A DNA stretch of 64,000 bases from Rhodosorus marinus CCMP1338. Taxonomy: Eukaryota > Plantae > Rhodophyta. Position 1 is the first letter of the stretch. Each line of letters opens with the position of its first letter. The notes beneath the pieces were generated by a model, which saw only the letters and a list, made by a program, of their open reading frames with translations, did not search any database and had not been told where the DNA came from. The position numbers and the translations under genes are program-made. Below, in pieces: positions 37,901-52,315 of the stretch. Location of the stretch: the NCBI GenBank assembly GCA_029953675.1, contig JAMWBK010000005.1, positions 1,612,001-1,676,000 on the forward strand. Reading direction: 5' to 3'.

Positions 37901-40900
37901 TGCTGAATCAGGATCAGACCTTCTTCAACCACATTATGAGACCGGTGATCTTGAGGTTGCTTCCTTTTGTGCGAAACGATTGGAGTTCCATGAGCTCCGA
38001 GCTGACTCGACCGGATCGATCGGTGAATGGAGATTGGCGTTCGCTGCTGAGTCATAGAGCGGTATTGATCATCGGAAAGATGGGTGCGTGCTCATTTCCG
38101 TCTTGAAGTAGCTCGGCGATGTCTGCTTACTCTGCTAATGTTTCTTTGCATTAGGCGTCGACGCTGTTCAATGTGCAAAGCAACTTGTTTCAGAGCCTTT
38201 CGATTTGGAAACGAGCTTTGACTTCGGATGGCTGGATGTTCCAGAAATGTACTTTCAGTATTCGGACGCTGAGGGAAGAGTGTTGGGTCTACCGGCTCCA
38301 AACGTGGGAGGATCCGTTCCGCTTCCCTTCAGCGGCAGTTTTCAGAGCAAGGAGTTGTTCCCACACATACACACGATACTCCTGCTTCCTAGCCTTTCCG
38401 AGCTGATTGTTTCGAACAACCCAGAGCAAAGGGTGACGGCCTGCGAGCTGCTACATGCTGTGACAGTGAAGCTCGTGGCAGAATCGTCCAAATTGGATAA
38501 ATCCGCCCAGGAAAGAAAAGTACGCTTAGAATACGTCAGCTGCTCTCTTTCCGGAGTGCTAATTATGGAGTATTGTGTCTTTGTAGTGTACAACTGAAGT
38601 CTTCAAAAGACTTTTCCCGATGCTTGTCAAACTTGCGTGCGATCGCGATGACCTTGTACGAAGTATCTTCCGGCCTCTGGTGCTGCAGTTGGTACACTAT
38701 ATTTCCTCGCGTGGCGCACCGAGCCCGCCAGAGTCATCGATCCTTGTAGAGGCACTCGTTGAATGTGCTACCCTCGCGGCGAGGGCAACTGCTTCGACAA
38801 CGTCCGGAATATCGGATCTGCTGGCGGAATACATTCGATGGTCCCTAAAGCATTTAGGGGACCAAGGTCTTCAACGGCCGACGCATGACATTGATGCGTT
38901 GATCTATCGTTTTCTTGCGCTTCTACGAGACCCGGACGAAGGCAAGCGAGTTGCAACTATATCGCTGTTGCTTGACTGTAGACCCGCGTTTGATGAGCAC
39001 TCTTCCGCTCTCGCGGGGTAAGCCACGGCGTCCACTAGCAACAGAGTGGAATTTGACGGTGACTGAGCTGTTGATTTCTCGATCACAACTTTCTCTGATG
39101 TCAAGGCACATGTTTCAGCTGTCAAAGGCCGCGCTAGAGTCGCTCATCCTGTATCACATGTCCCAGAATGATGTTTTAGGGAGCAAAATTCACAAGGCGC
39201 GACGTTTGAACAGGTACCTAACTCGACTGATTAGTAGTGAACTTCCCTCAAGTCGAGCAGAGGACGAGAGTGGGCGGGTTGCTGTTGACTGCGAAGAGCA
39301 CCTCGACTGGCTCTTCAAGAACGTGCGCCCACTACCTCAAGAGAGCATATCCTTGTCCACAATCCACTGAGGCGAGTTTCACTACATGACTCTTTTAAAT
39401 TCAGGTTTTCAGTTCCTCTTGCACCGGAAATGTTCGGGAAGAGCTCATGTGGTCTTTGCATCATCTTCTACAGAGTGAAAAAAGAGAAATGTTCTGGCTA
39501 TCCCAGCGACTCTCGTATATGCGAGATGCGACAACGGATGTGGCTGCTACTGTAGCGGGTGGTAGCTCTACTGAACAGAACGACGCCCTGATTCATGCTG
39601 CGCGCTTGGTTTGTTGGATGCTGGTCTCGGTCATGAAAACGCGCGCTGACTCTGCCTTTGAGGTAAGAATTTAGTGCAACCGGGACGCTTTCAAAAACCG
39701 TCAATTCGTCCGATTGAGAGACGATCCCAAAGATGATGTTGACGTCGCCTGCTTCGCTTAGGAGCGTGAAGATCTAGATGAAATCTTGTTTTCAAGCGTG
39801 AGCATTATTTCTGGAGCTCTAACAACTGGTTTAGCGTTGAGAGATGATGCACTCCGCGCTGTGCTCGAAGTCTGTCGCGTTGTTGCTAGATCGTTCATGA
39901 CCGTGGAGCCACTGTCGAGCTTAGTAGTCTCAACCATGTCCATCCTCATAGCTTACCTTCTGAGCAAGGAGGCACTAACACTAGCTGAGAGCAGGCGAAA
40001 GAGCAAGTTCGTAAGGGGGCCAGTGAGAGACTTGCTGAGAGAAGTTTTGGTCAAGTATGTAATGGGCATGACTATTTAGTGGGTTGTTGGTACGTCCCTG
40101 GCTTAAGGATACTTAATGAGCCCTGGTATGCAGGAAACCGGAGGTGAGAAAACAGCTTATGGAGGCGTTTGACCGTGAAGTGTCGTCGAGGAGGTCAAGG
40201 CTGACAATGCAGGAGGAAGACGACCCCGATTTAGAGCTTGCTCGTTCGATTTCTCAAGGAGAAGGAGGGGAGCTTCCCGACCACGTCCTCGGTAGCACCA
40301 TTCACGACAAAGCTGAACCTGGGGGTCACAACCGGCACGGTATCTTATACGAGGGGAACTCCTCCTTTGTTCTTGTTTGTTAGATGCTATGAGGGTTCTC
40401 GCCGAGCACAATCTGCTCCCGAGAGCAAGAGCCCTATCGAGGGGCCTTTGCCATTGTGCAATACTGACTTGGGAGCTTGCGGAGGCCTGGCAACCACGAC
40501 CGAGTTACGCAAACGGGGCCCTGCAGCGAATAGCCGCTTCTAAGCTTTTGTCGACGTCCTTTGAAACGGGACTGGAGCTGACCGATCTGGACGATGTCTT
40601 GTTGATCGTCAAAACAAAAGTAACGAAAGACTCCTTCTGCCATTCGTTCGCAACAGTTCTACATCATCAGATTGCGTTGAGCCTGGACCAGCGCTTGGAC
40701 TACTTTCTAGAGCGGATATCTCCGGCCTCAGGTGCGGGCTTTTCTGAGACGACCAACGCAAAGCTCCTGCTCGGTTCTGTTGGAAGCTTCCTTCTTCTGT
40801 CTGCTAGAAGCCAAACAGAAGCTCAAATATGCTCCAAACTAATGTCGATCCTTCCAGATCCTGAGAAAGCTCGATCGATGTCTCTTTCAGGTAATAAGTG

Positions 40901-43900
40901 GGTAAATTCATTTGGCATCCATCATCTCCTTCATAGAGCTCAACTGAAAAGCCTATTGTGGTTCAGACAATGTATACTGGATATCGCTCGCGAAGCTCTT
41001 GTTGGTACTTGATCGAGAAACGACCTTGGCTGCTGGGAAAAAATCTCCTGTCTACCAGCTAATCGTGGGTTATGGCTTGTCCAGAGAAGCTCGTTTCAAT
41101 TCGTTAACCGAAGAAGCAACTGTCGACATTCGACTGCTTGCCATCGAATCCCTTCCTCTGTTTCTGTCGGATGGGAGGGAAGAGCTTTCCAACGAGATCG
41201 GGGATGAGCTAAACGCACTGTTCGTTGAGGAATTTCCCACAGCGTCCAGCGTACTCGCTGATCGACGTCAGCAGCGAAAAGCTTACGACCTCATTATACT
41301 GAAAATCCTTTCCTCGTTGGAAGCGAGTCCATTCGGGGCTGCGGTCCTTTTCCCGTTTCTGGTGAGGGTTGCGATCACTGACGCGGTTGCCTGATTCCCT
41401 GACTGACCTAAGTATTTCACCTGAATAGGTTCGTACCGCTGCCGAAGGAACTTCTCACCATTTGTTCGTTGCTATTGCGGATGCGGTTGAGTCAATGTCG
41501 ACGTGCGCGTCCAGGAAAGCTGCAAAAAGGGCTTTCAATGATGTCTTTTCGACATTCACCGATGGTTGGCGACCAGAAAACGTTCGCAGGGCTGCTATAT
41601 TGGACTTCTCCATTCCACTCATCAAGCACGTGCGTGACGCCGGGATCGTTCGCGAGATTGCAGAGGAGCGATTGAACTTTCTCCTGAAGTTTGCAGAAGC
41701 ACCAATCACGAAGCAGGTGGGCTCTGCTCCAATGGGCCAAAAGGGAATGCACTTGCTTTACGTTTTTCAGTAGAGGCATTTATTTTCGCAACGTTTCTCT
41801 ACACCAGGGCAGTGGAAAAGACCCGAGCATGGATCAATATCGAACTACGCTGGATCTGTCCGCTTGTAGCGTTCGCCTCCTCGTAGAGCTCCTTGAGAGG
41901 CTACCATCGGATTCAGTGCGAGGTGAATTGAACACGATCTTCATTCAAGGACAAGATATGCCGCAAAACGACAAAACACAGGGGAGTGAACTGTTGAAGC
42001 ATATGCTGAACTTTGGAGATAGGGTGAATTGGTGTTCCTCATACCTTGCGAGAACATGAAAAAGCTGATCAACTAGAGTGCTGAGCAAATATCTGTTGTT
42101 GAACAGGTTGCTAAGGGCAAGATGGAGGCTGCATATGGCGAGACATATTCTAGTTCCACCATAAACTTGGCCGCATCGAAATGGGAGTACCGGTGTGCTG
42201 CGTACAACTTGGCAGCGATTGTCATATTGAAGGTTAGTTTCGTCTTAGAAGGACCCACATGTCCGTCAAGCCTAACACCATATCACCTGTTTCGGAAACC
42301 GCACCAGACGCTAGGTCAGCAGCAAAAGTTTTTGGCGACACTTCTGCATCCAGATTTCATCAAGAATATCGTGAATACCGATGAAGACTGGTCTCCCATG
42401 TTCACAGTGGAGACTTCGTTCAGACGCCAGCGTTCTGCTCTCAGCTCTATGAGAAAGGACAAATGGAGGCGTGGAAAATTGCCTGTAAAATACCTCTCAA
42501 CTCAATTTCTAGTAGCGACAAACATGTCGCAGGACTTTCAGAGCTTTGTTGAAGGGGAAGTTACCACCGGGAAGAGTAGTAAGCTCAGCGCCAAGTCTGA
42601 TTTGGTTTTTGAATGTACACCTTACTGAGGCCGGTCCCTGTCTTCAGTAGATTACAGAGCAGTTGATGAGGACGGGGAGTCTTTTGATACAGAGCTTGAC
42701 GCAGTCAACAAGAGCATCTGCTGGTCATACATGCTCCAAGCATTTCATAGTCTGTTTGCGTTGTCGAGCGCCACTCGAGGGTCTTCTAAGGTACTGCATG
42801 CTTCATATGAGCGATCTGAGTCGTCTATTCAATTCTTTTGGTCTGCATGACATTGTTACGGCAATCAATCCTGGCGAATCTGGCGCTTGCAGCTAGTAAT
42901 TAATCTCCTTTGTTTTTAGGACGAAGAATCCGATGTGTACTACAAGCACGTCGAGAAGCCTGTTGTTCGTCTTGCTGAAATGATTTCAATTCGGAGCCAA
43001 GCACATCGAAATGTGAAATGCTTCGTTTCGAAGCTGCTTTTGCAGGTTTACGATCGGTTGAGGCCCACAACCCAAGAGACTTTATTCAAACCGTTTGTCG
43101 ACGCGGCCATAGAATGCGCCCGCTTTGGTGAAGGCGTCCATTACTTCTTGAGGGACCTGGTGCTTCAGATTGTTTCTATGTGCAACTCAGCTATTGTGGA
43201 CAATAACACGCTTCTTGAGAGCGCCGATGCGTTGAAGGATTTGATGGTTTCCATTGCGAAGAAAATTTTGACTTTCAACCTCAAGTCTCGTATGTGGAAA
43301 GCCGTGAGTTTCCCTTCAATGTGAACTGTCACCGCAAAGAGAGGTACCTAGTGGTCTAAACGCGAAGCTTTCCTAAACACGAAAATTCGCAGGTGATGGT
43401 TGCCAACCTGGACCTGGTGAAGGAGTTGATGGAGTGCTGCAAGGGGTTGAGGCGGGTCACCCTCCCATCCAACGTCTGGAGAGCGTATCTTTCGTTTCAA
43501 GGGCAGGATACTGGCGCGGAGAGAGGTCGCCCAAGATACCCTTCAGAAGTGATGTCAAGCGTAAACGATAGAACAAAGTGCCGTTTGGTGGGTCTCAACA
43601 TTCTCTACTCAGCGCTTTCGAACGATGTCGTGGTCGAGGACGTCAAGAAAGGTACGCACCCTTCCAACACGGACATTGCTTTTACAAGGGGGTTGACCTA
43701 CTCCAGTCCCTTTTTCTCAGGGTTCAGAACGATCTTCCAGCTGATGACTGAACCTGACGCTCACTCAGCTGTGTACGAGTCCGCTGCACAGGTAAGTTTT
43801 CTGGAATGGTATCCCGGCGCAGTTGAAACTGAACCGTCCTAACTCTGTATACATGTGTGCGAACAGGTGGTTGGAAAGGCCCTTTCAGTTATGGGCCGAG

Positions 43901-46900
43901 GCGACGAAAACCGGCTCTACCAGAATTCCCTCTACGAATCCATAGAGGCTTTGACGATCGCGTGCTTGGAAAGGATAGAAACTGATTTTGATAAGAGAAG
44001 ATCGATTCGGACAATAGAGAAGGTGAGAAAGAATGTTACCAGTCCACCTAGAAACGTGGCAACACATATTCAACTGTAATAGAACTATGCATGCTCGAAT
44101 TTGGGTAGGTTTCAGCGGAATATGGCAAAATCGCGCGCAGCTTTGTGAGCAGCATGTGCGACACAGTGCTGGACAAGTCACTAGGCATTTTGCGTGTTAC
44201 GGTTCGTTGTCCGCGCACTATTGCTTTCCGCCTACAGACTTCTCCGACCGAGCCGGATGATTAATTAATGGCGAACGCTCCAAAACGCTTGCTCCGCCAT
44301 TTCAGGTACTGAAATGCCTTAGGCGATTGGTTCAAACTGATGAGTCGATGGTGAAGGAAGTGCTCGAGAAGCTGTCACCGCATTTCCTCGTGATCACAGC
44401 GGGCAATGATAGTCCTCAGCTTCAGCACGGCTTGATTCTTCTTCTAGGTGATACTCAACGACCAGCTTGTAGGCAGCGATGTGACTCTTTGCTTTTGCAA
44501 ATAGGACGGGAAGGATTCCTCCGCTGACCGCGCGTCTTGTTGATTAGGCAACGTGCTTAGTAGCGGAGGACTCAGCAGAACACAAAAGGAGTTGTGGTCT
44601 CTTATCCGGCGGGTCTGCAACGAATTCTCACAACACCCGCAGAAAGAGCTTCGTAGAGACCTCTTTCAGATCGTCTCCCAGGCTCTGAGAGCTTTAAGGG
44701 AAAACGGGGAGGAAGATGCCGAACTAGAGAAGACTTTGTTCCAAGCACTGATCGACGAGGATATGGATTGCCGGGTAGTCGGTTTAAGGCATTTCCACAG
44801 GAAACTCACTCGAAACTGTCACGAACGGCTTGCGGCGCTGCTCAGCCCAGAGTTCTACTCAGCGGGAGATCGCAGGTTGTGGATCTCGAACACGCTGGCG
44901 CTCCTACTAGAACTGGGTCTGGAGAGCGTTGATATAGACTATGCGTTGCACGAACGCCTCAAAGGCGCGACCTTTGAGCCGCTGGAAACTGGCTGCTCCA
45001 GCAAGAGCGGAGCAACTGAAAACTCCGTCGTCGCGACGCTGAGCCTGTCCCAGCTCTCGTCGCTTTCCAGACTTGAAACGGCTGGTGCGCCGATATCTTT
45101 TATGGAGTCATTAACTCAAGTGGCACAACTGGGAAGCTCAACTGTCGACCCTATGCAGCCGGGTTCAGCTTTCGTGAGTGAACTTTTCGCCTCGAACAGC
45201 AACAGATTGGGGGTGAGCTAGCGATGGATCTACTGGTGAAGAGCTATCTCTATCAAAGGACACTAAGATTGTTTTCTCGCAGGTTGCGAAACGCGTTCGA
45301 TTCGAGGAACCGCGGAAGGACAGTGAAGTGAGCACAAGCGAGAGGTTCGCGGCGAGAGCCGCGAGAGAAAAAATGAAAAAGGAGGATGAAGAACTGCGGA
45401 AAAACCAAAGATCCTCGGCCTATGTGCCTGCTACCCTCCTCCGAAAATATCGTCAGGTACGCGAACATCCTCTACAGCGGGCGCTTTTTCGAGCTTCTCT
45501 CAGTTCCATCTGCTTTTTTTTTGCCTACCCAGGGTGACCTACCCGACTTTGAGATAACAGCGAGGACTTTCCTGGAACCCCTCAAAGTTCTGGCCATGAC
45601 GCAACATGATATTGCAGCTGAGCTACTTTTAATGGTCCTGAAAGTGCTCTATGCTTATGAAGGTGAGGCCTAGAGCGTAAAATTACCATGGTTTCTACTA
45701 CTTCAGAGTCCTGAGGAGCAGCCTCTGCCCACTTGAAAAAGGAACGACGAACCTGCGCGAACTGATCCGTCTTCGAATTTGCGATTCTTTTGGGCACCTA
45801 CTTCGCTCATCGGAATCTTCTGTGGGAATCAAGATGTTGTTGGGTTTCTTTCTCAACGCCTTGACGTACTGTGGTGCTTCTAGCCTGGCGGTTGGCACAT
45901 TGCATAGATCGGTATGGCTCTCAGCAGATAAGTTCTCCGGAATCACAGCTCTTGAACACGCAATCCTTGAAAACGTAAGTTAGTCGCAGAATGGGTATGG
46001 TCATCTAGGTATTGGTAAATGTCCTCGTAGGTGCTAAGAGCTCCTTTTGTTTCTTTATCGTGACATAGCGGGAGAAGCAAGGAATGGAGCATCCGGACAA
46101 AAAGCGAAAGATCGATGCAGCGCGTTCTGACAAGGACGCTTCCGCTATGGACATGGCGCTTATCAGCGTTGGCCAAGAAGATATGATCCAGGAAGTGCGG
46201 TTGTCACTGTCCGTCAACTTTGAAGCTAGAGAGCGTTTCTGAAAACCACTGACATGGTTTTCTGTGTTCTTAGTCAGTGCTCTCGGAGTTCGAGCTCCTA
46301 GTCCACGAGCTCAAAGATTCGAAAAACAGTACGGATTCAATGCTGAGAGCCGAAATTTTAACTTGCGCCTTGCGCTTGTCCAGGTGGGAGGATGTTAAGT
46401 CCTTTGCCCATCCACTGGAAGGATCCGTTCCAGAGCAGTGGGGTAATGACCCAGCTTCTGTCATGGTCGCAAAGATTTCGACATCAGTGTTCGTGGAAAA
46501 CAATGCGCTGAGACTTCTTGGTCTCAAAGCCAATGTAGAGGTTCGTCCCCCGCTTTGATTCTACCTGAACTGTTGCAAGCAGAGCGAGTTTCTATCAATT
46601 TTGGATATTTCTTGAAGAGGATTCCTGTGCTAAGCCCTTTCTCTTTACTCTTCTCCCCCATACTATTTTTCCATGCGGCTAAGGACGGGTTTCTCAAGTG
46701 GTGCCAGGAACTCTTGGAGCAAAACACGAACTCGAAATCGGGATTTACACTGTTCAACATTCTTCGAGAGGAGTTTCCTGAACTCACGATCGTCGCGGCG
46801 CTGGTTGCAAATCCAGAGGAAGGGTTGATTGATCATTGCCTAAGCCAATCCTTGAAGCGCATGGTGAGCTTTGACCGTGAACAGGTCGAACTCGACTTGA

Positions 46901-49900
46901 AGTCGAACGAGCTGCTGAACTATTTCACGTAATGAAACGATGGCAGGTTGTCAAATTGGTTGCGACCAGCAAGCGTCATGCTGGATCTGAAGAGTGTCTT
47001 TCCAACCTCAGCTTACTCGTTGATACGGCGAGTATATTGAAAGCTTCGTTTGAGAATCATTGTAGCGTCGCGGAGGCGGTGGGGAAATCACCTGACTTTT
47101 CGTGGACAAATCTTCGAGGCCAGTCATTGGAGGAATTGAAAGTTCACGCATGTTTCAAAGTTTTCTGCAGTGTCGTCTCGTCGTCAAGAACCGACGACTC
47201 TGCAGTTGTTGAAAGGTTCGAACAAGTCGCCTGGAAGGAGTCTCAACACCATACCCGCCAAGCAAAATTCCTGAGAAGCTTGTCCCGCTACTCTCTGCGC
47301 TCTCATTGGACAGAATCAACCGAGGTCTTGTGGAAGCCTTAACGGTGGCTTCATCAGCTTCCAGAGACCATGGGGACAGAATGAGCTCTGAAAGTCTATT
47401 GCGGCTGGCAAGGAAGCACGTGACAGCTTATGGGCTGACCGTACCCCACGAGTTGCAAGAGCAACTTATTCGACAGGTTGCTGAGAAGTACTACGATGAA
47501 GGAAAGCAGGATTCGGTTGCTAGCATGAGAGTAAGGATGATAGAAAGATCTTTGTCGTCAGCGAAGCAATTGCAATCAAAGGTATCAGACCACCTGACTA
47601 ACACAAGCTTGCGTGAGAGAAGAGTTTGAAGAATTGCTAATGAGGCTGCTCTGCAGGACCCCTCATTTGCTCTTTTAACCGGTAATATTGCTGAGCAAGC
47701 TCTACGTAGTATGCAAGAGGCTAAGTTAGAATCCCACGGAGCCGTGGACCCCAACGAGCTACGAAGGCTCGCCGAGGAATCATACGCCCTGGCTGCTGAA
47801 GTATGCGCCCACGACGAGAAAGCAGGGGCGCTCGTTCGTCTCTCCACGCTCTTGCGGACTGATTCAGAGAATGTGGCTGCACAGCCTGATTCGTAAGCGC
47901 GTGTAAAAATTGAAGGGTTCAAGAAGCTCCGAAAGCTAACTGAAAGACCTGTGGCCTCCTGGCTTTTGTAGGCTCAGCGCTAGGAGAGTCTCGCTCCTGG
48001 TCAGTGCGCTCAGTGTAGGTTCTGGGAAGCAGGATTACTTGATGCTGCAGGTTTTTGACTTGATTCGCCATGGAGGCCGTGAGACCAGAAAAGAGTTCAG
48101 AGAGGAGTCGTCGAATATAGCTGTGAGCTTGCTGGCGAAGTGGACCCCGCACATTGTCGGCTTCCTCTTTCAAGACGCCAGCAGAGATGGTTCAGAGTCA
48201 GCCTCCCTCGCAGCGCACGAGACCATGGCATGGACTGTTTTTCCGTGCTTGATGAAGATCGCAAAATGCCGTCCACAGTACGTGAAGTGCGAAGAAGTCA
48301 AAGCGTACTTAGATTCTGAGAACGTCTTTCGTGACCTCTCGTTTAATTCCGTCTGTAGAGTCGTCTTCTTTCAGCTGAGGGTTGCGGAGCAGGCTCATAA
48401 GAAACTACACAAGAAGCTTTCTGCAGAAAGCCAACAGATGCTATCGAGGTTGGCTCTCGTGTTGGGACGGCCAGCGCAGACTCTCGAGAAATTCGCGCAG
48501 CAGCTTGAACTGTTAATTGACCCTGACACGAATTCTCGCAAGACGATCGTAACGCTCTTGAACTCTTTACGCTCCCAGAATCGCCAAAACTTGACAGCAA
48601 CACTGAGGTGTGCATGCGGCATAAGTTTTTCCTCACAACCCATCCGTTGGCCTCAACTCGACGTTCCAAATATTGAACAGGATACTTTTGGACAAAGCTT
48701 TTGAGGAGAGAAGCGGAATGGGAAGAGTACATCGAGAATATGCGCTCGCTCTCCAAAGGCACTTTGTCGGTCTCTGTAATTCGCTGAACCTCAATGTAGA
48801 GCAAGCTGGGGGGGTCCGTGGCACCCTGAATAGGTAAGCGAACAAGCTGCATTTCCAGCTAGCTAGTTTTCACCACAGCTCAGACAACTAACGTAACCCC
48901 GTTATCAGGTGGACGGATAATGCAGGTGAAACCGAGCTTTACCTTGGCCTGACGCCTTTGTGCGAAGACATAAGAGCCATGACAGTATTTGACTCTAACC
49001 AGACTTCTGCAAAGCTTCGATCGTATTCTCCGTGGCTTGCGAGCTATGTCCATCATGCTGCGGAGACTGAAGACGCGTTTGCACTTGAAGTCCCAGGAAG
49101 TATGGAAAACGGAAACCATGCCAAGATCGTGCTCTTTGACCAGGTCAGTTTGCTTTTGATTAGGACACGTCGTTGCAGCCTCTATTGAGGAGTCAGTGAG
49201 GGTTGCGGTGCTGTTGCGTTGAACACTAGTGGCTGGATGGCTTTTGTACACTCTCATGTTTGCTCAAAGTCAGCATTAACTTTTAACTTTTCAACTCTCC
49301 GTTGATTCCTGCCCAGAGTCTCCGCGTCATGCAGTCCAAGCAGAGACCCAAGGTACTAGGGATGATTGGCGCAGACCAAAAACAGTACAGTTTTCTGGTT
49401 AAAGGAGGAGAGGATCTGCGAACGGATGAGCACGTTCAACGAATTTTCCGTGGCTTCAATCGCTCCCTTGCCGCATTAAAACCAGGCCAAGGTTCCCGGC
49501 TAGCGGTCTACAGCGTCGTTCCCGTTTCTGTGGATTGCGGTCTTATTGAATGGTGAGCGGTTTGGTTTCGGGCGAATGAATTACTTCAATGCTCTACAGT
49601 GGTGATGACCATCACAGTTCATGAAAACTCTGCAGGGTCTCGAACACGGTCTCCGTTAGATCGCTTCTCGAGGATGATATTGTTAGTCTGGAGAATCACG
49701 AATTGAAAACAGCAGGGAAGGAAGCGATCTTTTTGACTCGCGCGGCTCGTATACACATGCACACGATCCTGCACGGTTCTCCGCCTTCAACTGATTCGGT
49801 CGCTGATGTCGTGAGGGTGCGGTTTCGATTCTCACGACTTCGTTTGTGCGGTCTCTGATCTCTGACCTATTCTAGTTTCTACGCCAGTTCCCGTTGGCTG

Positions 49901-50785
49901 CAGACTATCTGCGAGCGTTTGATCAGGTTTCTAATGACAAGGCCCGTCAAAGCCAGCTGATGCAAGAGTGCTTTTCAAACTCGTATCTGTTGCAGATGCG
50001 CATTATGCGGCTATGCGCGAGTCCGAGATCGTTCCTGATGATTCGAAATAGGCTGGTCCGTTCTTTAGTGGTCAACTGCATTGCCGGATACTTTTTGGGA
50101 ATTGGAGATCGCCACCTGGACAACATACTGATCGATTTGAAGCGCCTAAACGTTGTGTCGGTCGATTTCGGATATTCGCTGGGCTCTTCCATGGGCCTAC
50201 CAGTACCGGAGCTCCTACCGTTCCGATTTACTGCTCAGTTTCAGCACTTAATTTCACCGAGGGATCCTGTGCAGGTGATGAAAGTGGAGCTCGAATTGGC
50301 CTTCCTTTCAAGAGGCGCTCGCTCATGACGGTTGCCTTTTCCTATAAATCGCAGGTGTTTGTCAAGCTAATGAGCAAGGCGATTCAGTGCATCGTTCAGG
50401 ATGCCGATGATCATCTTATCGAGTGTGAAACCTTTGCCTCGGATGTTCTGGATCAGGTTGATGTACAGTATGCTGTGAGTTCGACCCGCGCCAAGCTCAA
50501 TCGGAAACATCCACTGCAGATTTGTCTGATCGATTTAAGGAAGCATGCGAAGCCCGAAGTGAGTAACCTCCGAAAGGATATCTCCCAGTACATTGCTAAC
50601 GCACAGCTTCTCCCATGCAGGCATTTGAACTACTGCGAAGGAACGTCTACGGGGGAGTGAATGTTGGGCGCCTAGAGGAGGTTAAGGTCCTTAGTCCAAC
50701 GGATCAGGCGATGTCTCTCGTGGAAATGGCAACCAATCCATGCTTGTTGGCAAGAACATATTATGGCTCAACGCCATGGCTCTAA
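34918..50785 (+). CDS. PRKDC: DNA-dependent protein kinase catalytic subunit (PIKK), dozens of short exons
   Basis: NUC194-like YLSTQFL..NMS and DELELDAVNK; LRKYR-GDLPDFEI; kinase SKQRPK, FLVKGGEDLRTD, LGIGDRHLDN, VDFG, PVPELLPFRFT; FATC DQAMSLVEMATNPCLLARTYYGSTPWL*. The HEAT-like helical exons upstream are consistent. The 5' end is approximate. Confidence 0.9.
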
Positions 50786-52315
50786 CTTACTTGGACCAAC
50801 ATGCTGTACATAAGTATTATAAAAGGTTCAAGCGCTTCCGAAGACTTTGTCCGGCGCGCAATACTTAAAACAGTCGGAACGTTGGAAATATGAAACTTAA
50901 GTCTTTTTCGCAGTAGGTCGCGTCTACTTCGCAAAATCAATTAGCTATTAAGAGCCAATGCGAGTTGCTCGCAACGTCACAGGGGCAAACCCCCTCTACG
51001 TCTTCTCGAGAAGACACGCCCTGGGCATTACAGAGTCGATTGCAAGCATAGCTCCTTCTTTACACTTGTGATATGTTCACACAGCTCGGCGGTATGGTCT
51101 TCAAACAGCTCTCTTGAACGACCTCTAAACCGGCTTTCAATAATCCCAGGCTAACTCTAACTCGCACTTGATTTCCAGCGTCCGAAGTTTGCTTTGCAAT
51201 CGATTTCCTTTTCCAATTTTTTTTTGTGCTACGAGTGAACCTCCTGAATTCTGCGAGTTCTACCCTCATTTTGGCCTGGGGGAGACGTTCACAGATGATG
51301 TATTTCTTCCAGTCGCCCCGAAGCCCACCCGTACGTAGTCACGCTACAATACTCTCCGATACTTTGTTTGAATAGAAACCTCACCCGAGGGCTTAGTAAC
51401 CCTGAGAAGAAGAACTGCAAACGACGCAAAGGAACCCACGAACGCGAGAAGTACGCAGTTTGGTGTGCTGTTGTGAAAAATGGAGGCATCTCCCCAACAC
51501 GGTTGTGAACGTGGACAACGAGACAAAAAGACAATAAACGCGAAAACCACCGCGTCCTTACATACGCGCAGAGCATGAGGAATCCCGCGCGAAGGACATC
51601 CTGACAGCCTCCACACTGAGCTGTCCTTGGCACTCTGGCGCTCTAACGTTGCTTTGCTGTTGGACGCGCGCGCGTCATCACCGTCCCCCGTTACGCTCCT
51701 CAGGGTAGTTAGGCTCTGAACAAACGCGCGTGGTGATGATGATGGTCTACAAAGTCGGCTAGATCTGTCTGATCTCCGAACACGTGCTCCTTCACGCTAC
51801 CAACGACCCAAGTACCTCCAAGAGACATACTGTCCACAAGATGATCTTTAACGCCCAACTGATATGTGAGTCACGTCACGAGTCCAACGTCAGGACATTT
51901 GACTAGCCTCCTCCCCCTGGCATTCTACAGGAAGACAGGTGACATGCCCCCTTCCTGACGTGAAACTCTTCTTAGAATCAGCGGGTTTTGAACGGTCGCG
52001 GACCAATATTGACTGACAAATCTCAAAGTTTACAGTTAAAGGTGTATTCAATCATTATATCAGTCAGTACTGTTCTTTGAGGGGGTTTATTGATGAACGC
52101 TTGAGGATCCTCTGGTTTGAGATTGGAGGGAGGCAGGAAGAGTCCTTGAGGAGGTCCTGGACTTTTTCCATGCATTCTATGCCGTTCTAAAGCTCAGTCA
52201 AGGTGGCATTTTGTTCTTCTCAAGGAGACAAGAGCTCGTCTATATTTTTTCTGGCTATTCTTGTTCTCTGTTTGTGTTTGGTTGCTTGTGTTTTCGTTTT
52301 CTTCCGTGGGTGGTC

